A DNA stretch of 63,133 nucleotides, the filler included, from Chiloscyllium plagiosum (lineage: Eukaryota), in assembly GCF_004010195.1 (NCBI RefSeq). It is 5 parts of one record of this genome, joined end to end, with 100 filler letters (N's around TTAATTAATTAA, not from the genome) between each part and the next. Parts side by side here need not be neighbours in the genome. Positions count along the whole stretch, not along the records: positions 42,977 to 57,835 come from NC_057711.1; positions 57,936 to 63,133 come from NC_057711.1; 3 more parts are not named here. The stretch is one strand, 5' to 3'. This document shows positions 51,801 to 63,133 of the stretch, in pieces. The number at the start of each line of letters is the position of its first letter. Position 1 is the stretch's first letter. The notes beneath the pieces were generated by a model, which was not told the DNA's origin, did no database searches, and saw nothing but the letters and a program-made list of their open reading frames with translations. Both the position numbers and the translations under genes were made by a program.

Positions 51801-53539
51801 AACATTCTTAGTCCTTTGTCAACTGCCTCCCTTCTTAGAGTTGTTCCCTTATCCATTGTATCCCTTTTCATTCTCTCTTCACCATTACTTTAATAATTTT
51901 TCCTGAGTCCTCCTCCCCTTTAACTTTTTTCATAATTTTCTACACAACTGAACCCACCCTACCCACTTCCTAACTATTTAGTCAAAAGCCTTACAATTTT
52001 GTAACCTACAGATTTGAGGATAATTTTTCAACTATGCATTTCTATCTTAATTAGAAATTATTTACTTAACTGTGATTCGCAAAACCTTTCTATGGGTGAA
52101 AGCAATTTTAAAAAAAACAGAAACATGACTCTGTAGTAAACTTCTATTTGACAGAAAGAGCCATTGTTGCATTCTGAATTTGATAGAAATGTGTCCTGAA
52201 AAGCATTCTAGTGAACACATCTTGTATGTCTAGCTACAGGTGGAAAATGTTTGATTTCACTTGCTAGAATAGTGACAGGTTCAGACAGAATGCCTCAGGT
52301 ATCATTTATTTGCATTGGTGGTTCCTAATGAATCCGGCTTCCTCATCTGAAGAACATAGTACTTTTCGGACTTAGCAAACCAGCCTTTCAGCACTTCATA
52401 TGGTGTTATTTAAATACATACCCACAGTCCGCACAAATCTTAAAGCTGTGCCAAAGATCACAAAAATTCAAAAGTGACATTGCCTAATAAAAATGTTTGA
52501 ACGTCAAACAAAAAGTAAAAAGCCAAACTGCTCAAGATTAAATGTGGAGTACAAGACAAAGCTTTGCTCATACAACTATCTTTAAGAGAGCTGCTCAAGT
52601 AGGTTAGGCTCAGAAGAAATTTTCAGAACACAGTGGTGTTCATGGCTGATAATTCAGATTATTGAATTAATTTAGATAAAACCTGAATGCAAATTAGGTT
52701 GATGGTTGCATCTTCCCCTAGATTATCAACTTTCAGAAATAGGATGTAGCCAAAGCTGTTGCTTCTACACACAGGCCCCTGTTAGCAAAGGTTTCAAAGC
52801 CTTGGAAGTGCTTCTGTAATCAGGGCTTTATTGTTTACTTCCCTTTACATTATAGTCCACAGACTATTTCTCAGAAACTGGAGTTTTATCTGTTAAATGC
52901 ATCTCTGAATTATTCTGAAAGAAATATTCTGAAAGGTCATCAGTCTAATATATCAAACCTTTGTTTTTCTCACCACAGATTGAGTATTTTCAACATTTTC
53001 TGTTTTATTTAAAATGGTGGCTTTGTTAAACTTAATCTAAACAAGAACATGTGTCAGTTATTATAAAATGAAATAGCATTCTTCAGGCTGTAATAAGGTC
53101 CATTCAATGTGACAGGACTCAGACATCAAAGAATTCACCAGCTTCTCAGGTTATCAGTCACTAACATTGAGCAGTGCTCTGCTTCTGTACAAGTTAGCAT
53201 GTACAAAATTATAAACAATCGCAAGATAAGTCATTGAAATGAATAATCATCACTGATACTTTCATGGTATATTCCTACTAAGAGATCTTGAAAGTATTTC
53301 CATTCTTGACTTGTAACCTCCATCTACGACATCATCAATCTGGATATGGGGTGGAAATTTTCATTCACTGCAGTTAACTTTAACTTTTGCCTGGTTGAAA
53401 AAAAATTAACTAACGTTTACAAGTATCATTACAAGGTATTAATACACAAGCATGTTTCCAAGCTGTGGTGTTGTGGAGGGATTCACAGCATGAAACTCAG
53501 TAGAAAATTCAGTGGTCAGTATATCCATTTCTAAGTTAG

Positions 53540-54490
53540 AGTCACAGAATCATAGAGCTATATACAGCATAGAAAAATACCCTTCGGTCCAACCTGTCCA
53601 TGCTGACCAGATATCCTAAATTAATCTAGTACCATTTGCCAGCACTTGGTCCATATCCCTCTAACTCTTTCAATTCATGTACCCATCCAGATGCCTTTTA
53701 AATTTTGTAATTGTACCAGCCTCCACCATTCCTCTGGCAGCTCATTCCACACAAAAATCACCATCTGTGTGAAAAAATGTTGCCCCTTAGGTTTCTTTTA
53801 AATCTTTCCCCTCTCACCTTAAGCCTATGCCCTCTAGTTTTGGATTCTTCTACCCTAGGAAGAGACCTTGCCTATTCACTCTATCCATGCCCCTCATGAT
53901 TTTATAAACTTCTAAAAGGTAACCCCTCACCTCTGACGCCCCAGCCTATTCAGCATCTCCTTCTACAGCTCAAACCCTCCAACCCTGGCAACAGCCTTGT
54001 AAATCTTTTCTGAACCCTTTCACATTTCACATTTCCTCTGGCAGGTAGGCCAGAACTAACACAGTATTCCAAAAGTGGCCAAACTAATGTCCTATACAAT
54101 CTCAACATGACCTCCCAACTCCTATATTCAATGTTCTGACCAGTAAAGGAAAACATACCAAATGCCTTCTTCACTAACCTGTTGCAACTCCACTTTCAAG
54201 GAACAATGAACCTGTATTCCAAGGTCTTTTTGTTCATCAAAACTCCCAAGGACCTTAGCATTAAGTGTTTAAGTCCTGCCCTGATTTGCCTTTTCAACAT
54301 ACAGCACTTCGCATTTATCGAAATTAAACTCTATTTGCCACTCCTTGGCCCATCAGCCCATCTGATCAAGGTCTTGTTGTTCTCGGAGGTAACCTTCTTG
54401 GCTGTCCACTACACCATCAATTTTGGTGTCATCTGCAAACGTACTTAACATACCTCCTATGTTAACATTCAAATATTTATATAGATGACA
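53540..54490 (-). mobile_element. CR1 3' fragment
   Basis: TFADDTKI; LYRTLVWPLLEYCV. Confidence 0.88.
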
Positions 54491-54629
54491 AAACTTGATT
54501 GCCTTATTGCATTTTCTGTCCAGATTTTGTACCTCCAAGCTGTAACAATGGCTATGATGTGCACTCACATTGCACGATCTCAACTCAAATACGCAAAGAC
54601 CAACTGTTGTCTCGCAGGAATCTGTTTTT

Positions 54630-55562
54630 GGCCTCTGCTCTTTGTAGTTTTTATAAATGACTTGGATGAAGAAGTGGAAAGGTGGGTTAGTAAGTTTGCT
54701 GATGACATAAATGTCAGTGGTGTTGTAGATAGTGTTGACAGTTGTTGCAGGCTACAAGACATCGACAGAATGCAGAGTTGAGCTGAGAAGTGGCAGGTGG
54801 AGTTCAACCTGGATAAGTGCCAAGTGATTTATTTTGGAAGGTTGAATTTGAATGCTGAATACAGGGTTAAGACAGGATTCTTTGCTGTGTGGAGGGACAG
54901 TGGGATCTTGGAGTCTACATACATAGATCCCTCAAAGTTGCCACCCAAGTTGGTTGGGTTAAGAAGCCTTTTTTTTAGCTTTCATTAACAGGGGATTGAG
55001 TTTAAGAGCCACAAGGTTTCCTGCAGCTCTATAAAACGCTGGTTAGATCACACTTGGAATATTGTGTCCAGTTCTGTTCGCCTTATTATAGGAAGAATGT
55101 TGTTGCTTTACAGAGGGTGCAGAGGAGATTTACAATGATACTGCCTGGATTGGAGGGCTTGTCTTATGAAGAAAGGTTGAGTGAGTTAGGGCTTTCACAC
55201 TCGACAGAAGAAAGACAGGTGACTTGATAGAGGTGTACAGGCAATGAGAAGCATAGATAGAGTAGATAGCCAGAAATTTTTCCCCAGGGCAGAAATGGCT
55301 GACATGACAGGTCATAATTTTAAGGTGATTGGAGAAAGGTGTAGGAGAGATTTCAGGGGTAGGTTCTTTATGCAGAGAGTGGTGAGTGCATGGAAATGCA
55401 CTGTCAGCGACATTAGGGACATTTAAGCAACTGCTGGACAAGCACGTAGATGGCAGTAAATTGTGGGGTGTATAAGTTAGTTTGATCTGATTAAAATAAA
55501 TACTCAACACAACATCATGGGCCGAAGAGCCTGTAGTGTGCTTTACCATTCTGTGTGTGTTC
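54630..55562 (+). mobile_element. CR1 3' fragment
   Basis: PLLFVVFINDLDEEVERWVSKFADD. Confidence 0.88.
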
Positions 55563-55949
55563 TAACATTGAGCTGAATTTTCGCTGTCTCTGAATGAATT
55601 GGTGATGGCGAGTCAATGAAATGAGAAAAATGACATACTCAACATTGAGAACAGACAACCAATTTCCTATCCAAGATTTGAACAGCAAGGTGAGAATCTT
55701 GTTAGTGGGTGGAGGGAAGTAAATTTGCAAGCATTAAATTCTCATTATTATCTATTTTCATCTTGTTTATATGCAGTTTGTTATTGTCCCGAGATGCTGT
55801 AGAGAAGCTACATGGCAACAATTCACAACATATAAGTCAGAGCAGGGGTACCTGGTGGCTCCAGCATGCCACCTGATCCTGGCTTCCATCTCAACTTTCA
55901 TTCTAAAAGCTTACATAACAATCCATGGATAGAAACCACCTGCATATAC

Positions 55950-57480
55950 TTGCACCCTCTTCCCACTATCCATAGAAGTTGACATTAGATATGTACCAAT
56001 CCCACTACATCATCATGGCATGTACGCATCATGTCGACTCACTTAGAATACAGTTACCAATGCTGCAATTTGAAGCAAACGGACACCTTTCTTTACAATA
56101 TTGCTGCCAGGCTGCTTTGTGGGCAGGGACAGGCACCCACCTTGTGCATCAGAACAGGGTGCACTGCGGGGCTCTTGGCTTGCTTTTTTAGTACTCACTC
56201 ACTTGCATCGACTTGGATACTCACAGCACCTGTCCCTTGCACTGCCTTACTTTTTTGCTCAGAACTTACAGGTGTATGTCTGTCTTACCTTGTATTTTAC
56301 TGCAGACATAAAGACAGGCAGCTTGTCTTGGGTATCATTGGTCATCAGACAAGGGGAGGGGACATGTAGCTGTATAACATCATGCTGCACCTACAACATG
56401 TGCAAGCAGCTTACGTAGCAAAAACACTGAATGTTCTTCAAGCAAAAGGCCATGTTTCAAAGATTAATGGCAGTAGCCCTCAGTCATGTCAAAGGGGACA
56501 GTCACTAGTCACGTTATCCCATCATAATGAGTCAAGGGCAATTTCGAATCTAAGTCCAGGAGGTCTGACACTGCCATATGACCACTTTGGTGGTCAGGTT
56601 CAGGGGTTCTGTATCAGTAGTCTGGGTAGTGGGCCACAGTCCTGCAAGTCCAGTGCAATGAGTCTGGGATTAACAGTAGATCAGTCTAGGAGTACATTAA
56701 GATCAGTCAGGACTGTTCTTCCAAGTGGGTCATAAGCCATAATCAGTCTCAGGGGTCTGTTCATTGAAACTGAAAATGTGTTGCTGGAGAAGCGCAGCAG
56801 GTCAGGCAGCATCCAGGGAACAAGAGAATCGACGTTTCGGGCATAAGCCCTTCTTCAGGAAACAGTTTCTTCAGTTTCCTGAAGAAGGGCTTATGCCCGA
56901 AACGTCGATTCTCCTGTTCCCTGGATGCTGCCTGACCTGCTGCGCTTCTCCAGCAACACATTTTCAGCTCTGATCTCCAGCATCTGCAGACCTCACTTTC
57001 TCCTCTGTTCATTGAAAGTCAATGTGGGTTATTGGTGGTAAAGCTGTGTTATGTAAATTGAGGATGAGAAGCAGGCAGGTAAAATTAGGATTAGAAGCAG
57101 TATATTGAGATGCAGAGGAGACAATAAATGTGACGAGGTTAACAACATATGAAGGTGGTGGAGTTTCTTGAAGAACCTGGGTTGCCAAGGGAGTGGGGTC
57201 AACAACAGTCTCGACTATGCTGGCTTCAATAGGGAACAGTGCATCATGATGGCTGGTTCGTAGCCCCAGGGGTCAAGAGATAATACTAACACATGAAGGT
57301 TTAAATGGAGGAGTTGATTGGGAGTATGTTGAAGCTCAGAACTACTGGGATCAACAGGAAGGGCAAGGAAGAAAGGAACACAAAGCACCTAGTTTAATAT
57401 GCTGAACCACTGATTCACTATGTGGAGTACAACCTGCATTACCATCCTCATCCAAATTGCAAGTGCGCAATACAAATGAA
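55950..57480 (-). mobile_element. Probable DIRS/Ngaro (tyrosine-recombinase retrotransposon) relic
   Basis: Heavily decayed RNase H-like tail (QHDVIQLHVP..NDTQDKL) followed by YR-like traces (GKTD.., DAYM). Confidence 0.35.
56770..57003. mobile_element. Fold-back PLE mini-element with two opposed hammerheads
   Basis: TSD TCTGTTCATTGAAA at 56756-56769 and 57004-57017; ~93-bp inverted arms; hammerheads at 56829-56861 (-) and 56876-56909 (+). Confidence 0.9.
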
Positions 57481-57511
57481 AAATGGCTCCTACCATACTA
57501 GAAGGGTGGAG

Positions 57512-57835
57512 TAGAGTCATAGAGATGTACAGCATGGAGACAGACCCTTCGGTCCAACCCGTCCAGATATCCCAACCCAATCTAGTCCCACCTGCCAGTA
57601 CCTGGCCCATATCCCTCCAAACACTTCCTATTCATATACCCATCCAAATGCCTCTTAAATATTGCATCCACCTCTGGCAGCTCATTCCATACACGTACCA
57701 CCCTCTGTGTGAAAACGTTGCCTCTTAGGTCTCTTTTATATCTTTCCCCTCTCACCCTAAACCTATGCCCTCTAGTTCTGGACTCCCCGACCCCAGGGAA
57801 AAGACTTTGTCTACTTATCCTATCCATGCCCCTCA
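57512..57835 (-). mobile_element. CR1 3' end
   Basis: TRGHRFRV..FTQRVVRVWNELPE. Confidence 0.9.
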
Positions 57836-58048
57836 NNNNNNNNNNNNNNNNNNNNNNNNNNNNNNNNNNNNNNNNNNNNTTAATTAATTAANNNNNNNNN
57901 NNNNNNNNNNNNNNNNNNNNNNNNNNNNNNNNNNNGGAGGAGGAATCATTTCTCATCGTGTGATCCTACTAGAATCCTTCTCCTTACACATGACACTGAG
58001 CCTGGTTTGGATGAAGGAACCAATGACCTCCATGCTCTTTCTGTTGAA

Positions 58049-58267
58049 ATGATTTGGAGATGCTGGTGTTGGACTGGGGTGTACAATGTTTAAAATCACA
58101 CAACACCAGGTTATAGTCCAACAGGTTTAATTGGAAGCACCAGCTTTCGGAGCGACGCTCCTTCATCAGGTGATTGTCAATCACCTGATGAAGGAGTGTC
58201 GCTCCGAAAGTTAGTGTGCTTCCAATTAAACCTGTTGGACTATAATCTGGTGTTGTGTGATTTTAAA
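58049..58267. mobile_element. Fold-back PLE mini-element of a second family with two opposed hammerheads
   Basis: TSD CTTTCTGTTGAA at 58037-58048 and 58268-58279; CAC-CTGATGA-A-GGAGY-GTC-GCTCC-GAAA at 58182-58216 (+) and 58138-58172 (-). Confidence 0.88.
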
Positions 58268-58504
58268 CTTTCTGTTGAAGTTATGTTAATCCGTTCTCTG
58301 AAGTGCAAGTTTTGCAAATTCCAAAAGTTGCTTTGGAATTTACTTTATACTCAAGTAACAAAGCTTCTTTTTAACCCCAGATGTAGCAAAGGAGTTCTTC
58401 CAATATTGGATGAGAAAAAGGGCCATCCCTCTAGTGGTGCTTCCTGGTAGGACATTTATTTCACCCATTTCATGTTTAGCATATCTGATTTATTAAGTGT
58501 TTTA

Positions 58505-58850
58505 AAATATTTTTAATTATTCCATGCGATATGTTAATCCCTGAAAAGGCTAACACTTGTTTCCCTTCCCTAATTACCCCTGAGACCAGTTAAATGTCAA
58601 CACTGATGTGGATCTGAAGCTACTTATAGGCCAGATCAGGTAAGGATGACAGATTTCCTTTCCGAAATTACACTGTGAACTCGATAGGTTTTCAATGGCA
58701 ATCAGTAATAGTTTCATGGACATTCTTACTGAGCTTCACTTTCAGTTCCTGTTTATTTTTACGGAAGTGATATTAAATCCCATTGATGTGATATAAGTTG
58801 AACCTTTGATATCAAAGCATTAACCCTAGCCCCCTGGTATAATATGGCAT
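58505..58850 (-). mobile_element. Old SINE with LINE-derived tail
   Basis: TCCCTAATTACCCCTGAG..TAGGCCAGATCAGGTAAGGATGACAGATTTCCTT; tail complementary to the 10195-10220 motif. Confidence 0.5.
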
Positions 58851-59339
58851 GATCATTTTGCTGATCATTTGTGTGTAAAAATGACTAAATCAATCTTTTG
58901 CACCTCTACAATGATTGACAGATTGCCAAAGAAATATGATGCTATTTTGATATTACCAGATGGTCATAAAATAAGTTGTGTTGATTTGTTAATGTTTTAA
59001 AATTTTTGGAACTTTTGGGACAAATGGAGCTTCACAGATTTGTGCTATTCTCAGATTTCAACATCTGCCATCTGTGCTGAGAAATGTCTATGGTATTTGT
59101 GTTCCTAACACTTTGAGCAACACTGCTACAGCACTCAGTGTTAGAAACCTCTTTCCATTAGTGAACATTTTGGTGCAGATATGGGACTATCTACTGGAGC
59201 ATTTTGGGTCCTGAATATGCTTCATGTCAGCTTTCAAATTAGATGTGTAAATTGGCCCAGTGGAAGATTCAGTACCTAATCGGCAGCATGAGAACAGCCT
59301 GGAGGTAGAAGGTGAACAGGAGATCCCTTTGAAAAGAAA

Positions 59340-59625
59340 AGTACAAATTTACTGCTTACTGTGCAGATGCTTGCCCAAGAAGTCAATGGGGATCAGGCAG
59401 TTGCTGAAAAGAACAAATAGATGTGGTCTCTCCCACCATTCCCAAAAACCCAACCCCTCTTCCCCAACTGAATTAAAGATGGAGGTGTCATTCCTGGGCT
59501 GATAAAATGCTGCTGAAGTCTCAAAAGGCATGGTCACAGGTGGTGCAGGAGGTGAGCAGTTGCAAACATGACTGGGAGAATGTGGACCCAGAACTGTAAG
59601 TCTTTTAATGATTATGTAAATCTGG
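59340..59625 (+). mobile_element. Possible Harbinger Myb/SANT-protein relic
   Basis: KAWSQVVQEVSSC then RMWTQNCKSFNDY resemble AW.EVA.EV..RTW.QCRKRFNDL. Confidence 0.45.
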
Positions 59626-60496
59626 GAAGGGCAGTGACAAACAGCACCCAGGTCGCTGGTCTGTAGATGTAGTGAATGTAATAAGGTCAGCTAGGTGGAT
59701 ATCATAGAATATTGTTCCCTGATTGGGACTGTTAACCTGGTTGAATCAGGGACCCCTGGCTGTCAGATGTAAACAAGAGTGTCAGAGGTTCTGCCTACTC
59801 TCAGGATACCAGATGAGTGTCATGTAATATGCACGTTTAAATAAAGGGTGACTTAGTGATGGGGTACTGGCCTCTCGTCAGTGGTGACGAGAGAACAAAG
59901 TGTGTACCTAAAGAAATTTGCTTGTCACAGTTGCCTTTGAGTTGAGGTAAGCATTTCTGGTAACATGCCATTATTTGGAAAGGCTTAATTCGTTTGATCC
60001 TGCCATTGAAAATTGGGCTTAGTATATGGAAAGAGTGCGTTATTTTTCTGGGCAAATGACATTAGGGCAGATGAAAAGCAATGAGTAATTCTCCTGACAG
60101 CTTGGTGACATGCAGCTTTTTCGCTATTAGGGACCTAACATTTCCTGAGGCACTAGATACTAAAACCTTTCAAGAGCTGGTGGATTTAATTAAGGAATAT
60201 TACAACCCCAAATATTACAACGTCCAAATCAAAACCAATCAAAATAGACATCTGGTTAAATGGTCACCTGTTCTAATGGAGGTTTATACCAGAGCAACAG
60301 TATCAGTGATTGCAGAACCAATCTTTAACAAAATCCGCTCTGGACTCCAAGTCTTAACTTTGTGTTGGAGCATGGCTAGACTGAGAACGTATTCCAGGGA
60401 ACCCTTGCAGATTTACCATACAACTTTAGTTCTGGTCTACTATGAGGATCAGTGATTGTAGTAAAAGACTTGGGTCCCAACCTGATGGCATGAAAT

Positions 60497-60778
60497 GGGT
60501 GGCATGGTGGCTCATTAGTTAGCACTGCTGCCTCATAGCTCCAGGGATCAGGGTTTGATTCCAGCCTTGGGTGACTGTCTGTGTTGAGTTTGCTCATCAT
60601 GGTCTGCATAGGTTTCCTCGGGGTGGATTGGCCATGCTAAATTGCCCAGAGTGTTCAGGGATGTGTGGATTAGGTGCATTAATTAGGGGGAATGGGTCTG
60701 TGTGGATTACTCTTCTGAGGGTTGGTGTGGGCTTGTTGAGCTGAAGGGACTGTTTCCACACTGTAGGGATTCCATTCT
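60497..60778 (+). mobile_element. HE1-type SINE inserted in Gypsy
   Basis: SINE head and V-domain; ATGAAAT repeated at 60490-60496 and 60779-60785. Confidence 0.85.
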
Positions 60779-61040
60779 ATGAAATTGGTTGAGAAATATT
60801 CACCTTGATTGGCTCAACATTTCTCAATTAGAAAATAGCTGCCAGAGTGATGTCTTAATTAAATACCCAGAAGTTTTTCAGAAATGTCTAGAGACTATCA
60901 AAGCAGACAGAGCAACCTTACATGCTGCAAGGCCTGCCCAGTGCCATTTGCCTTACCTGCAAAAGTAGAGGCAGGAATTAGGAAGCTGGGAAGCAAAGCA
61001 ATCATTAAACCAGTACTGTTTGTGGAATAGGCAGCACTGC

Positions 61041-61704
61041 TGTAATGCTGCTGCTCCTTTAACAAGGGGTTATAATTTCCTTGGATTTTCTTCAAGAGAG
61101 GTTATAAAAGGCACGAGTTCCGATTTGTCTAGGAATAGAGACCTTGCTAATGTCTACAGATACTGCCTAAGGCCATAATCAGGGAAAAAGTTTTAGGTTT
61201 TTTTCTAAAACAATTGCACAATGAAAGGGGAATGGCCAGTTGTCTCAATTCAGGGCATTGTTTTGGTTTGGGTTTTAGCATGCAGTCTGTTCGAAGCTGC
61301 TAGTCAAAGAAAGCTGCTGAGAGAAAAAGGTTCTCTGATTCAACAGATATTTCTGGTTGACTCTATCTCTCTAACATCACTCCTGTTAGAACCTGTGTTT
61401 GAACTTTTTTTGCTAAGGGGTGTGTTTTGTGATGTTGCAGGAAATTGGTACAGCTCCTTTGTTAAGTTGCAGGAATATCATGTCCGTTGAATTTTCAATA
61501 GTTGTTTTTTTAAATTCTGCTTTCTTTTGCTTATGTTTCATTTGGTGGTGTGTAAATAATTTCTGTTTTACTTGAAGCTAATTGGTTTGACCAGCTGCCT
61601 TACTCCTGGAATATTCACCTTACATCTGCCTAAAACAACTAAAAATGGTAGGGTGTGGACTACCTTCTTCAAATGTTTTGAGGAGGTCTGGCTGGTCCAT
61701 AATA
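61041..61704 (+). mobile_element. Probable solo LTR nested in the Gypsy RT
   Basis: Interrupts the (W)AAP-VIPIVKP motif; TGTAATG...CATAATA imperfect inverted termini. Confidence 0.5.
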
Positions 61705-62362
61705 CCAGTCATACCAATTGTAAAGCCCAACAGGTTCAGTTCATCTTTGTGGGGATTTTAAACAAGCAGTAAAGCACTGATCACAGCTGGATAAATACCC
61801 AATACCTAAATCGAGGACTTTTCCACCAAGCTGGCAGACAGGCAATTGTAGTTTGATGAAGATTCACAAAAGTGTGCTACTATTAATATCTATAAGGGTT
61901 TGTAATAATATACAAAACTACCATTTGGAATATCATCAGCATGTGCCATTCTTCAGGAGACAATGGAGAACATTTTATAAGGTCTATCCCAGGGTCCCAT
62001 TTATCTGGTTGATGTACAATTAACAGGGAAAGCAAATACAGAGCACTTAAAGAATTTTGACAGAGTCCTGAGATGTTTCTCCAAGGCAGACATTTGCATT
62101 AGAAGGGAAAATGTGCATTCCAGCCATCCCAAGGCCCCTATTTGTGCTACACTGTCGACAAGACTAGATCACATATTGGAAGATAAAGCGAGGGTAATCA
62201 GAAATGCCTCATCTCCCATGTCTGTTGTGGAGCTTAGGTCTTTCCTTGGATTGGCGAATTGTTATGGAAAGTTCATGCAAAACCAGATCTCCAACCTGGC
62301 ATTCTTACATCTGCTTTTGAAAAACCCTCAGCCTTAGAATAAGTCTCGTAGCTTTAGGGAAG

Positions 62363-62762
62363 TGAAGTGACAGCTATCATCACCTAAGATGTTGGCACAC
62401 TATGATCCCAAGTGTGATGTGATGTTGACATGTGATGTCTTCCTTTATGGTACCCAGGTAGACATAACTCACAGATGGCCCAATGGAGATGAACTACCAA
62501 TAACATATGCTTCCTGGACTTTGGCTAATGCAGAGTATAGCACATAGAACATAGAACATAGATGAAGTGACAGCTATCATCACCTAAGATGTTGGCACAC
62601 TATGATCCCAAGTGTGATGTGATGTTGACATGTGATGTCTTCCTTTATGGTACCCAGGTAGACATAACTCACAGATGGCCCAATGGAGATGAACTACCAA
62701 TAACATATGCTTCCTGGACTTTGGCTAATGCAGAGTATAGCACATAGAACATAGAACATAGA
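62363..62762. repeat. Perfect 200-bp tandem duplication
   Basis: 62363-62562 is identical to 62563-62762. Confidence 0.92.
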
Positions 62763-63133
62763 ACATAGAACATAGAAGAATACAGCGCAGTACAGGCCCT
62801 TCGGCCCTTGATGTTGCGCCGATCCAAGCCCACCTAACCTACACTAGCCCACTATCCTCCATATGCCTATCCAATGCCCGCTTAAATGCCCATAAAGAGG
62901 GAGAGTCCACCACTGCTACTGCAGGGCATTCCATGAACTCACGACTCACTGAGTAAAGAACCTACCCCTAACATCTGCCCTTTACCTACCACCCCTTAAT
63001 TTAAAGCTATGACCCCTTGTAATAGCTGACTCCATACGTGGAAAAAGATTCTCACTGTCAACCCTATCTAAACCCCTAATCATCTTATACACCTCTATCA
63101 AGTCACCCCTAAACCTTCTTTTCTCCAATAAAA
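62743..63133 (-). mobile_element. CR1 3' end with (CATAGAA)n tail
   Basis: Tail array followed by reverse CR1 3' UTR and RT C-terminus. Confidence 0.88.

Larger units (their letters stand above)
59668..62742 (+). mobile_element. Gypsy LTR retrotransposon relic, related to 13927-16800
   Basis: LTR TGTAGTGA 59668 to TCA 59880; PBS-like TGGTGACGAG; gag, protease (MEVYTRATVSVI), RT, LRSFLGL and RNase H remnants. Confidence 0.85.

Noticed and set aside
56770..57003. miRNA precursor or classical DNA-transposon MITE
   Set aside because: Asymmetric arms, a 14-bp TSD and identity with PLE termini linked to GIY-YIG sequence at 42682-42876 indicate a retroelement origin
62743..62778. CRISPR-like or telomeric repeat arrays
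   Set aside because: Short CATAGAA, TCTAA and TGTAA units without spacers are CR1/HE1 3' tails

Overview
Eukaryotic, repeat-dense, largely non-coding DNA from a cartilaginous fish. The HE1-type V-SINEs and their partner CR1/HER1 LINEs point to a shark or ray; a carpet/bamboo shark is a guess. I could not recognise any intact host gene, and the ORF track is mostly decayed transposon protein or antisense noise. The window is a layered mosaic of CR1 LINEs, HE1 SINEs, three Tx1-clade LINE pieces, Gypsy LTR relics, likely DIRS/Ngaro and Harbinger relics, a pogo-type MITE and many Penelope-like element (PLE) pieces. The most striking signal is RNA structure. At least four PLE-related families carry minimal type I hammerhead ribozyme cores (CUGANGA-stem II-GAAA-palindromic stem III-UH). 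Several occur as ~200-nt fold-back mini-elements flanked by target-site duplications (TSDs); the two best-preserved have one hammerhead on each strand. All three Tx1 3' ends share a terminal stem-loop. A weak chain of minus-strand exon candidates lies at 45.5-53.4 kb. N-gaps with TTAATTAATTAA linkers and a perfect 200-bp duplication indicate draft-assembly artefacts. Boundaries were read by eye and are approximate unless a TSD is quoted; family names come from motif recall, not database searches.
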